A program made the position numbers and the translations under genes. 64,000 nucleotides of DNA from Microbotryum violaceum. Taxonomy: Eukaryota. Below, piece by piece: positions 1 through 11,495 of this stretch (position 1 is its first letter; every line of letters starts with the position of its first letter). The notes under the pieces are model-generated. The model searched no databases and had not been told where the DNA came from. It worked only from the letters and a program-made list of their open reading frames with translations. The DNA lies in contig CDLV01000007.1 of the NCBI GenBank assembly GCA_001244265.2, positions 1,116,001 through 1,180,000 on the forward strand, read 5' to 3'.

Positions 1-1515
1 CTGGCTGGTCGGGCGTAGGGAGACGGCGAGATGCTCCATCTCTTGCACACTGCTCGGAACAGGCTCGTCGAGCCCCGCACGCCGATAAGCGCTGATGTCA
101 AGGATCGGAGCTACGGACTGCGAGTCAGGACGGGTCCATTTCCCGTGCTTAGATGGAGGCCGGTCCAGATCGAGGCTCCCGTGCTTGCATGAAGGGGCGT
201 CCAGATCGAGGCCCTGTCCAGGAGCGAGTTTGCTGGCCCGCACACCAGCTTTCTCGTGGTAGCTCGACCCCACAGGCACCGACTCTTCTTCGCCATTTTG
301 TGGATCCCCGTCCTCCTTAAGTGCACTAAGCCCTGCCAAGAAGGTTCCGATATCCAAGGCGCCCATGTCAAACGACCAAGAGGTGTCGGCGAAAGCGGCC
401 TCGAGGCTTGTGTCGCCCAGGAAATTGGGAACCGTCGAGGGCGGTAGGGCCGTGGCATCCGTCGGTGCCTGCCCAAACGACCTCGAGGTGGGCTCTGCTG
501 TATCGTGCTGAGAAAGCTGGTTGATGCAATCGCCAGTTCTGTCATGCGCGAACGTTCTAGATCTGAACGACGAGGTCTGTACCGAGGCTGGGCCAGGAGT
601 GAAACTCTGGGCTGTTTCGTAACGTGCTCGATCCATCACAGTGGGAGCGCGAGCCGAAGGTTTTTGCGTGCGACCTGAGTCATCCGGGGATGCTGGCCCT
701 CGCCATTCAAGATGTGAGCCTCGTTCTTGACTTGCTCGGAAGTCCGGCGAAGTCGCCGGTGAGTCGGAGCAGGCTCTCAAGTGACCATTGGGATGTCGGG
801 TACTGCGCAATAGTGCGGGTTAAGCCAGTGGATCAGCTCGTGTCGTCGAAACGCTGCCTTCCATTGCCACCCGAGTCTCCTCAAGCCATGGAAAGCACTT
901 CTACTCTGAACATTCAGGCTACTCACCCGAGTCGATGCTGAAAGGTGCCTTTTGGGCCAATCGATGTAGTGGGACGCGCTGGTTCCGAGCCTTCGACGTC
1001 GGCATCGACCGAAACCTTGAACGGAAACGTTGATGAAAAACCGGGCTGCTCGAAGAAGGTAAGAATAGGGGAGAAAATGAAAGGGATCAAAATTTAAAAC
1101 GTGTCAGATGTGTGGTAGAAGGGACTGCGTTTTTCAGGTTATAAAGCCTGGGCTGACGGGTAGCCGACGATTGGGACCCCGGCAGGCCGTCGTCGTCTGA
1201 AGCCGAAGCGGAGCTAAGCTCGTCACGTGTGCTCGAAAAATTACGAGTTCGAACGAGGCAGGAGCCTTTGCCATTTTATCTCTGCTGCTCGCCTCGTCGT
1301 TGATCACATAGCGATTGAAACGCCTGACTTATACTCAGACTTACGAAGATCTGGCTCGCTCGAAAGTCCGAAATTGACGGGAGGCAATCATCCCCGAGCG
1401 CGAACTTGGATGACGGCGCCGTGAGGGATCGCGCGCGACCACCAGCCGACACCGAGCTTGCGGTTCGGCTTTCCCCGGGGGTGGGGAGCGAAGGTTTACG
1501 ACTGTAGGGATTCAT
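1..1515 (-). CDS. 5' part of a spliced hypothetical protein gene (low-complexity N-terminus) running off the window's left edge
   Basis: ATG at 1515 (MNPYSRKPSLP...) followed by a GTAAGT donor near 1344. GTGAGT..CAG intron at 926-803. A stop-free minus frame runs from 802 to position 1 (…FLGDTSLEAAFADTSWSFDMGALDIG…), missed by the ORF track because it has no stop. No recognisable domain. Confidence 0.5.
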
Positions 1516-2028
1516 TCCGGTGACCCCGGTCGTCGGTGGTTGTTCAAAGGCTTTGTTAGAGAATAGTGCGGCCCTTCCTGTGCTTTTGCGGGATTGTCGG
1601 GCGGGGAACCTGGGCGAACCGAATGCCCAAGCGACCGGGACGTCGAGCGTGAACGCAAGCGCGTGTGGTCAAATGGTCCTCGTGTGGGGGAGAGGTCCAG
1701 GGGCGACTATGGTTGAATCGCAAGGACGTGCAGCGAATGGTGACGGGAAGAGAGAGCTGAGGGATGATTGTGTGCAGCACCTTGAGCAAGCATTAACCCA
1801 CGGTGGTGCGAACGCGTCCGTAGGCAAACGTCCCAGGCTGTTCGCAGCCGCCACAGCGAAAATCGACAGAGCAAAGGAACGGTCCGTTGTCCGTCGCTCG
1901 CACGGGCGCGAAGGAGAATGGCCTGAGCGCGCCCAGGAGAGCTCCCCCTCCCCAAAGCTCCTCTTCACAGGCCTTTGAGTTCCACATGTTGCAAACCAAA
2001 CCACGTGTAACATTTATTTATATACTAC

Positions 2029-4997
2029 CTACAAAGACCTGTAATTCAGCGACAACAATCTCGTTCTTCGCTCCAATTCGTCCTCGCGCTGTGGATTTCA
2101 CCGATTATCGCAGGAAAGGGGCACGGGGAGGAGAACCGCGAACCGACACGAGCGAACGAAGGGGACAAAGCGCGATCAGCGTGCGCACTCCGGCGTCGGG
2201 CAGCGCTTGCAGGACTCGGAGAGCTGTGCCCACCTTCTCGTTGAAATGTAACGACACGACGATCGCCCCCAAGAGCAGTGTTGCCGCGCCCAACACGATG
2301 GTGACCCATGGGATCCAGTCGCCGGGGTGCAGAAACAGCTCTCGCGTCCACGAACTCGGATCGCTGGCCCAGTCAGGCTGCCAGGGTACGATGACGATCT
2401 GCGAGTTGGGGATCAGGCCTTCGATATTGATGAAGTGTTGGTCTTGATGGCGAGTCACGCCAATAAAGAGATTCTCGACGTAGTTGTTCGTGCGTCCGAG
2501 CCCAAAGTACGAATACGGCGTACCCAATGACAAATAGGTCGAACGCGGCAATTGGGCGACTGCAGCGGTCCCGAAATGTGAAAGACGGGGTCAGCGCGCA
2601 ATACACGCCACCCGGAAACCAGCCCCGTCAGAGGGCGGCGCACGAGGCGAGAGAGACGTGGCTATAATGGCCCGTGCACGCACCTTGAGTCGATCGCCGA
2701 GCGCCGGTCGGATCCATCACAGAAAACTTGTACGATGCCCCAGAGTAGCTCGCCCCATACGGCTGCAGAGAGCCATTTAATCAGAACTATCCGTGATGTG
2801 GCACATTGCATGACTACTCACCCGGTATCGTGGCTCGCCGGCAGGCTCACACCATGCTCGACATGCGCCATTCAAGGCTGCGATACAGTATTTGAGCCAC
2901 CACGCACATTTTCTCGTGTCAGCTAAGTGTTGACTTGGAAGAGTGCCGAAGGACTGACTCAGTGCTTTCATGAAGAACGCGTCATGGAAGAAGTTGTTCT
3001 TGATGAAGTCAACTTTGCGTGTGGCGACCGACGAGCTGCTCTTCTGAACCATGATGTCGAGCGATCCCTGGAAACGGACGTCCGATATGTCAGTAACCGA
3101 GCACCGCTGCGTGGTCCAGTGAAATTACGGGCTCGCTAGGTTGGCTCACATCGTCGTCTATGTCAATCCAATGGGCACTTTCTGCATCCCTTATTTTTGT
3201 CAACACCTCAGCACCAGCTGTGACCTCGGCAAAGGCCCTCCTCCGCGCCTTCACTTCTCCAGGCGTGCAGCTGGCCTTGTCGCACGGCCGAGATTGCAAC
3301 AACTTGACATTCCTCCCTCCACCCGCTTGAGTCGTCAATAGCAATAGGTCGGGGTAACCATCGGTATTATAATCCCCGATGGAGGGAGGCGTGGGATGCG
3401 AACCACGAAACGATGTTGATTGCGTGATCAAGGTAGCGCCTGGAAGCAAGGTTGAGATGGGTATCGAAGTGAAGGAGGGGTTCGACGCGGTTGACAAGTC
3501 GAAGTTGAACTTTGGATCGGCAACACAAAGCGCATCAGGCTCGCGGCACGCCGCCGATCCTGTCATTTCGGCGCCACACAGCGGCATCTGTTCGTTGTAG
3601 GCGACGGACAGGGTGCATTCGCCTCGACTCGAACACGAGGTGATGACCATATCGATGGTTCCATCACGATCCATGTCTGCGAACCCGACGCTTTTGGTTC
3701 CGTAGGGAAGATTCCCCTCCCTGGCGAGCCGATAACTTCCTTGTTTGTCGTTGAGCCAGATCTGATAGGTTAATCGGTTGGGTGCGTTTTCATCGGGCTG
3801 GCAGGTCAAGAAGAGATCGGCGAGGCAATCGCCGTCGAGGTCCACAAAAGCATTGAAGTGCGGTTCGGGTAGCCTGCAATTGGAATTTTGGCCTTTGAAT
3901 GGTGGATCGACTCTGAGTAGAGACGTAGTTCATCATGATGAGCCAGGATGGAGGTAGCAGAGCAGACCGTGGTCCCTGCTCTTTGAGTTTCTCGACCCTG
4001 ATGATAAGCTCACAGGTCAAAGAGGTTGGTACGATCCGTCTCTGTCCATACGTTCTTCCAGAGCTTGAGCATCGTCTTTGAGTTTGTGGAAACGCCGAGT
4101 AGATCGGCTCTCATGCTGCCTGTCGCATCGAAGATTGTGGGCTGTGGGAGGCCAGAGGTCGGGATTGGAGGTCCTTCGACTGGAGAGGATCGGCAAAGGA
4201 CGGGCCGCGTGCGTTTGCACCAGGTCAGGTCCGAGGAACGAAGTCTGTTCGGTTGAACTGGCACGGTCGAACGCACCAAATGTGCCATTGCGTTGCTGCA
4301 GGAATACCTTGATGGCCAACTCGTCGTGGCCCCACCACCCTCCAGGTTTACTACCGCCCATGAGCAAGAGGTCAAGCCGACCGTCGTAGTCGAAGTCACC
4401 GGGGACGATGTTGGTGATGATGAAGTCCGAGGCCGTACGAATCCTCGCTTGCACCTGCTCCTGCCATCTGTACTGAGCTCGGCTCCAGGTGTAGACCGAC
4501 ACCGTTCGCTGGTTGGTGGAGAGGTGGAACAGGTCCAGCAGTTGGTCGCCGTTGAAATCCCCGAAAGCGGCGACAAGCCCTGTGGTGTGGAGCAAAAAGA
4601 AGTTGCCGGCGCAAGGCAGGGTGAGCGCTTGCTCGGTATACGCTGTAGACAGTGCATCTGCCCGCTCGCAGGCTGTTCGTCTGTTGCTGCGATCAAGTTA
4701 TCGGCCCCAATCTGGCATGGACGAGAGCCCGAGCGGACACAGCCGACATGGACGCTGCAACAGACGCAGAGAGCTAGCAACAGCAAGAGACTGACCATCA
4801 TCGGGAAGGCCCAAGGAGCCCGTGTTGATGAGCTTTTCCTCGACAAAGCGTTGCTCGACGCCGGGGAAGCGGGCGTGTGCCACGGGCCACCACGATGTCG
4901 TCACCACGAGCATCCCCACCAGCAGCAGCACCGACCGCAAGCGCAACCACAGCCGCCATCGCGCTCTCGGCGATGCAACGCTCGTTTCCTGGGTCAT
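2029..4997 (-). CDS. ITFG1: FG-GAP repeat type I membrane protein, ITFG1/TIP/LINKIN family (multi-exon)
   Basis: Hydrophobic signal region, repeated FG-GAP motifs (GDFNGDQLLD, GDFDYDGRLD, DLDGDCLAD, DMDRDGTID, GDYNTDGYPD), TPYSYFGLGRTNNYVE and IPNSQIVI motifs, a TM helix, and a spliced tail HFNEK|REDELERRTRLLSLNYRSL*. Confidence 0.88.
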
Positions 4998-5266
4998 GCA
5001 GGGCAGCCAGGACCCCGGCTGGTCAGGATGCAGCGAGGAGTGGGGCACGCGTTCGGGGAAAGTTGAGGGATGTAGTCAAAGCAAGACGCGCATGCGCACT
5101 CCCGGGCCGAGTTGAGTCGAGTCCAGTTAAGTCGTGCAGGTTAATACTGCCGAGAGCTGCCGAGTACGGCGCGCGCAGAAATATGCGCCAGAATTAGAGC
5201 GGGCTTGGGTTTGATTCGGGTCTCCGGCATCTCATAACACGACGCCACAACCATCAGTCTCGACCG

Positions 5267-8200
5267 ATGCACAGCAGTCGACTGGACGGAGCATGGGCCG
5301 TCCCCGCTGCGTCCACCAGCCGGGTACGTCAGCTCAAGGTCATCTCGTTCCACCCAACGCGTCGCGACGCGCTCGCACTGACCATCTCCTCATCGCCTTG
5401 CCCCCGTCTCGCGCTCGAATCATGGCATGTCCCGCCCAAAGAGCGTTGTCACCCTACCGTATAGGGCTCCTCAGGCTGAGCTGACCGAAGGCAACAGCCA
5501 CGGTCACAACAATCGCGGCCAGAACAACGCGCTCTCCGCCGACGACACCGCTCGTCAAGGGCGGTCAGCTCGCGGGAGGGATGTCATCGACACCACTTCG
5601 GCCAAGGCGCGCCTGCAGCAACAACAGCAGCAAGCGTTCGACTTTTTCGATTCGTCGCGTAAGTATCACGAGCCGGGACAAGATTGGCCTTGCGTGTTCG
5701 CTTACATTGTGGCATCGGGTGCAGATCAATCGTGGATTCAGCCTTACACGCGAGCATGGTCCGCTGCCGCACAGCGGATCCAGGTGAGCGAGCGACCTTC
5801 CCCACATATTGGACAACTTGCCCTAGCTGATTCGCCGTCGCGCTGGCGAACGAAAACCCACCCAGTCGACCCTCTCGACAGTTCACCATAGCTCACTCGA
5901 CGAGATCACCGCCTTTGCCAACCATTGCGCCGGGCAGGGCTCACGACCTTCGCTCGCAGAATCGTTGACCGCCGGCTCACTTCTGGCCGTTGGACTTCTG
6001 ATCGGTGTGTATTCCAGCCTGTAATATGCCTCCGCGCCTAACCTGGTCGCTCATACCGGATCGTTCGATGCGCTTCATTCCATGACTGTCAGGTGCTAAC
6101 CCCGGGGCAAGCGCCTTGCTCTTCTCGTCCCTTACTCGGCATCTTGTCCTGCCCCACCACGACCAGACGACTGCGAACTCTGCGCCGCCTAGCTTGGTGT
6201 CAAGGATTTCGAGCCGAGACTGCGTTAGCCTCAAATCTGCTCTCCGAAGCGTGATATCAGGCTTCATGGGAAGACCAAAGTTCGATGACTCCGACGAGGA
6301 AGATGACGAAGGCGAGGCTGTGAGTGCTTCACCTTGTCGTACCCGGCCTCGGTATGTATTGACGGCGAGGAATCCCGCTCTTCCAGGTGGTGTCCTCGGG
6401 TCTCAAATCAGCCACACTGCCCGCAGACGACGTGCGGAATTTGTGCGTCTGGTATGCCCACAAATATCGAAATACACAACAAAGTAGGTGGATGTCCATG
6501 TCTGACCACCCCGCCTGAGCTCGGCTAGCTTCCCCGAGCTGACAACCTGCCTGTTTTCAGGAATGCGGCCAGGCCTCGTCGTCATGATCGAGGACCTCGA
6601 AGGCATTGATGCGACTGTGATGACCTCACTCTTTGAAGTCTTGCAGTAAGTTTATCGCTTCTTTAAGCAGATGGCAGAAGAAACTGTTCGTCCTGACCGC
6701 TTTCACATTTTCGTTGGTCCGGCTTGAAAGCTCCTGCGCTTCCAAAGTTCCCCTGACTTTTCTCATAGGCGTCGCCACATCGTCCGATGCACTCTATCAT
6801 GCCATTCCAAGGACCTGTGCGAACCTTCTCGACGTCACCGAGTTCTTCGTCGACCTTGGGCTGAGCGCCTTCAACGGGCTCATGACCTCTGTATGTTGTA
6901 CTCGCCCCGCTGCTCGCCTTTGCTCACTGCGTGCATGCTGAACACGATCCACGCCTCGCGAATACAGATATCGCTTGCGTGGGACCCACCGGTCGTTCTT
7001 GGGCCTCAGATCCAAGACACCTTGCTGCATGTCTTTGACGAGTCGCACCATTCGATAGATGCGACCATTTCCGCGATGCAGGTGAGGGGAACGTGAAAAG
7101 CACCCGTCGAACCGGGTGATTCGAGCTGGCTGACCGCAATCAATTTTTCGCGAGGATTTCTAGTTGGCATATGCGCAGCAGTTCAGGACACAACCAGCGG
7201 CGGTACTAGGGGACGAGACGGACTTTGATCAGAACGATTTTCACGACGTGGTTGAAATGCTCCTCGCGCTTCCATCTGTCGCACAAGCTGGCCCAGCCTT
7301 CATTGCCAAGGTTGAGGAGTCGGCAGACTCCGCGTGGGCAGCAATCGAAGGGGCTCGGATCGCAAAAAAGGGGTGGCACATGCGTCGTCGGTTGGCTTGG
7401 GAGCTCGTTGAGGCCGTGCTTGAGGTATGGGCGCCGAGACGAACTCGAAGTGTTCAGGAGCGGTGGTCGTTGTTGGAACGAGGAACTCTGCTCGAGGAGG
7501 CGGCTGCCGATTGGGAAAAGCTGATCCTTCTTTCGAGCGCGGAGAAGATCCAGCGATGGATTGAAATCTCGCTGGGACGATTGGAAGCCATCTCGGCTGA
7601 CAACACTGAAACGGGGCAGCAACTGTTCAACTCCAAGTATCGTTTGGACGAGCTCGTGCAACAGTTGTATTCGTCCGGAGATGGCAGGCAGAACTTTGTC
7701 AATTCAAACGTGGCTGGCATGGAAGCTGTTCACGGCCTCACGGCTTCGGCTAGCATCGACATCGAGTTCTCGAGCTTTACCAAGGCCATGGCGACACTCT
7801 TTTCGGATACGCTCAAGTTAGTGCTCTAAATGGGGTTGAGCTTCACCCGGAAGTTTGCGGAGGACTAATCTCGATTCCGTGACCGTTCCAGGAACGCTTG
7901 CGAAAGCTTCAAGTCCATCCCTCTTCATGAGATATGGTATATGGACGACCCAGGACCGCTGAAAGTGAGTCGTGCTCCTCTCGCACGTCATGCCAGCCGA
8001 ATTGCCTGAGAACCAGATTACCTGATCAGGCTCGACTCATCTTCGTCATCATGTAGCGCACACGACCTGCATATCTACCTTGCGTGCATCGCTGTCTCTC
8101 CGGACCGGAGACCCGAGCTGCGGGTCCGCCCAAAAGGGCCTCACGAAGAGATGTGGATCAAAGCGCAATCGATTTGTCCAATGATCTTGCCACGGCCTAC

Positions 8201-8497
8201 AAACTCTACCAGGAGACAGGTCGGACGATCAACCTTGCGGATTGGTTCACTGCGTTCGACGCAACTGCCCGAGCCGAGGAAACGACTACGATCCGAAGGA
8301 AGCGGCGACGAGTGGGGCAAGAAGATCTGGACGGCGACTCGAGCGATCACGAGGCCGAGGAAGAAGACGAGGAGGCGAGTGACCCGCGCAGACGAACACA
8401 GGCGCGGTTCCTTCGAGTCGTTGGGGATTTGGCCCACATCGGATTCTTGAACCCCACTAGTCGCAAAAGCGAGCACGTGTTGAAGAACATCTTCTGA
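5267..8497 (+). CDS. ORC3: origin recognition complex subunit 3 (multi-exon; start codon uncertain)
   Basis: LVVMIEDLEGID and PLTFLIGVATS N-terminal motifs. Winged-helix C-terminus AYKLYQETGRTINLADWFTAF…ARFLRVVGDLAHIGFLNPTSRKSEHVLKNIF*. Confidence 0.88.
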
Positions 8498-8570
8498 AAT
8501 CAGTTTAGCACCACATTGTGAAGAGCTTGCGCAGCTTGGTCCGTGGGATGTCGAAACAAATTGGAAAAGA

Positions 8571-10563
8571 TCATGTAGTAGTAGTGGCAATGACTGGCTT
8601 CGCTCCCGCTTGGGTATTCTGCGTTAGCTTCCTGGAATGCGGCGCGTTCTCGTGAAGACGCCCTCCACGAGCTGCACCTGCACCTGCACATTCATCTCGA
8701 CCTCGACCTCGACCTCGACCCCGGCCGCCGCCTCCACCCCGGCTTGAGCTTTGTCCACTACTGTTGCCTGACTGAGCCTCAACTGAGCTCGTCCCCGGCT
8801 GAGATTGACGACTGCCGAGACGGGGCGTCTGTTCGGAGAGCGGCGCGCTGGTGCCTACGGGTCGTGTGTCGGCCGGAGTGCGCGGCGAGCCCGCTCGAGA
8901 GGTTCCACGATTCTTTCGAGCACCTCGCGATGATGATCCAGAGCTGACCTGGACAGACGGCGGAAGAGACCCAACGGAGGGCATGGGCGAGGGCCGAGGG
9001 GCCGAGGATGAAGCTGCGGGTGCAACCGCGGGTGCTGAGACTGGGAAAACCGGTTTGCGCTCTGGATTCTTGAGTATCTGTGGTACGGACCGAGTCGACT
9101 GTTCTTTCGGAGTCCGCGTGTCATTTTTCCGAGAGGGCGAAGGCTCAGCCAGGGCGCTGCTCTGGTTCTTAGCTTGATACTCGATTTGCAGAGTCCGTCG
9201 CACGAGGTCGGCGGCATCGGCAGCCTGAGTAGGCGGTGCTTCTTGCCTCGACTGTTTCGCAATGGCTTGGTTGTCCGCTTCTGCTATCTTCGCTTTGCCC
9301 TTTTGCGTCAGTCCGCGAGCGCTTTGGAGACTGCTCTTCGATCCACCTCGTTCGGTTGCCACCGACTTGCGCGCGGACTTCCTCTGGGCCGTTTTGTCTG
9401 ATGGGTGTGTTGCTGACGCATTGGCCGGCACGACAACCGGCTTACCCCCTTTATCTGATCCCTTTTTCAATCGCTTCGATGGCCTTGACGGCGGTGGACC
9501 CTGGGGGGGGACGGAACCCTTGCCCTTGCTGGTCGCTCGAGCGGTGGCTTTTTGCGCTCTCAAATGGTCAAGTAGAGGGGTCGATGTGGGCGTAGATTTA
9601 GCTGTGGGAGCCGTAGTTGAATCGGATGTCCACCACATGAGTCAGATTGCGACACGTGTAGGGGACTCGGAAGTCCTTCCACGTACCCGGTTGCTCGACG
9701 GGTGGCAGGTCGGGGCTCGCCAAAGCGTCCTGAAACGCAATAAAGTCCGGGTCTAAGTAGATTGAAATGGAATGATGAGCCTGCGATCTCAGTTCTTGGA
9801 GTTCAGGTCCCGGGGCGGATGTGGGATGTCGAACCTTGCTCGATTGTTCCCTGACGTGGGTCTCGTTTGTTGGATCGGGACGGCGTATTCTGGTAGGGAG
9901 CAAATTCTACGACAGCACGCGTCACCTGGCCTACCCGTCGTACCGGCGACCTTCGAGTCAGTCAACGGAGTACGTGGAGATCACCCTTTGTCAGAGGCAA
10001 GGTCGACTCACCTGCTTTAGATTTGAAATTCCAACCGTCGTAGGCACGATGGAAAGCGACGAGTGCTTCAGGGGTCTTGAAGGAGAGGTATGCCCTTGAA
10101 TGCGTATCTTCTTTGTCGTGTCTTTGCGCGAGCACCCGAGAGTAAGCCCTCGTTGTCAGTTGACTTGGAGCTCGAACAACAACAGCTCCAGTTTGGCCGG
10201 GACTCACCTGGCCCGCACCTTGCCCGAGCGATACTGGATCCAGTCCACGCTGCTCACTCTCCCGCTTGATGGCTGTGTGGACACAGAAGGGGCCGTCGAG
10301 TCTGGTGGAACAGTGACCCATGGTGCGACGCTGGACCAAAATACAGCTTCAGGCAGAGCGGGAGGCAGCCGTCGCACGACCACCTTCAGCCGGCTCGGTG
10401 TAGTCCTCGCGTTAGTCGGCTGGGCACTGCGTTGGCTCTGAGCCACCGGGCCCGTCGATGACTTGGGAACGAGCTTGGGCTTAGTTTTGGCCTTGGCCTT
10501 GATGTTGGTATTGGTATTGTTGTTGGTATGGGTATTGTTGTTGGTGTTGGTCTTGGGACCCAT
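8571..10563 (-). CDS. UPF3: nonsense-mediated decay factor Upf3/Smg4
   Basis: RRM-like Upf3 motifs LKVVVRRLPPALPE, SRAYLSF…FHRAYDG and AVVEFAPYQ, then LDPDFIAF and TPLLDHLR, and a disordered RG-rich C-terminus. Confidence 0.88.
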
Positions 10564-11397
10564 TGTCAAAGTAGTCGGTTGTGTACGCGGCGAGTGAGTG
10601 ACGTGAATCTTGGTGCGCTCACCCGCTCAGAGTTGCCCGTCCGTGTCAGTCCGCGCCCGCCGCGTGCCAAGGACGTCGGCGTGGGAACTCTTGAGTCGAC
10701 TTTCAAGATGGGTGCATCGACAAAATACAAGTGGAAAACACTGAACACGAAAAAAAAAGTTTAAGGGGGGGACTCAATGTATGTAGGATTCGACCAGGCT
10801 GATCGAGGACGAGTCGCGTGCCACGTAAAAACCTTGTGGAGTCAATGCGCGCAACATAATAGGAAAGAAAGTTGAATTTGTTGACCGTCGCCGTCGGAGC
10901 TGGAGCACAGCAGTGGCTGCAGGGAGGCTGCCAGTATACTAAAATTTTGCTACCTTGTACGAAAAGATTAGATAGAGTACCTACATCTTCACTGATGGTG
11001 AGGGTACCGCGGACCTCCCTTGATCCGAATGTGGGATCGATTTTGTGCGTCGATCGCTCTTTCTCCGGCGCGCTCACCGTGACCCCGCGTTTTCCCGACT
11101 TCGTATGCCCGGTGCCGTCAGTATGTCGTCGTCTCTCGCTCGGAGCGTCGACTGGTCCGGAGTTACGTGTTCTCTTTCCATAGTGGATTTGATTGCGTCT
11201 GTTGCAGGGCTGACGGGTCCTACAGTACTTGCCCAACAAGTGTACCCAAATGCATGTCCTCCGGCGACTCATCAGAAAATTTCTACGCCTCAATACAAGT
11301 ATGCTATTTTTCAGATCAAAACGAAAAAAAGAAGGAACGGACTTGTAACGGTAGTAGGTGACGTTCGGGCGGCGCTTGCGGCGCTCTGGGCGTTGCG

Positions 11398-11403
11398 CAC
11401 GTG
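11398..11403 (+). promoter_or_regulatory. CACGTG E-box, candidate Pho4-type site upstream of the PHO81-like gene
   Basis: CACGTG lies about 95 bp upstream of the ATG at 11496. Function is inferred from the neighbouring gene only. Confidence 0.3.
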
Positions 11404-11495
11404 TCGCGGCAATCATTCGTCGGCTTGCCTTCGCTCTTTGTCCCGGTCGGGGCTCGCAGCAAACCCTCTTGTTGTGCGCACGTCGTAATTGAGGT

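Noticed and set aside
10504-10555. TTGGTA/TTG simple repeats
   Set aside because: They encode the Asn/Thr-rich UPF3 N-terminus and are ordinary coding low complexity.
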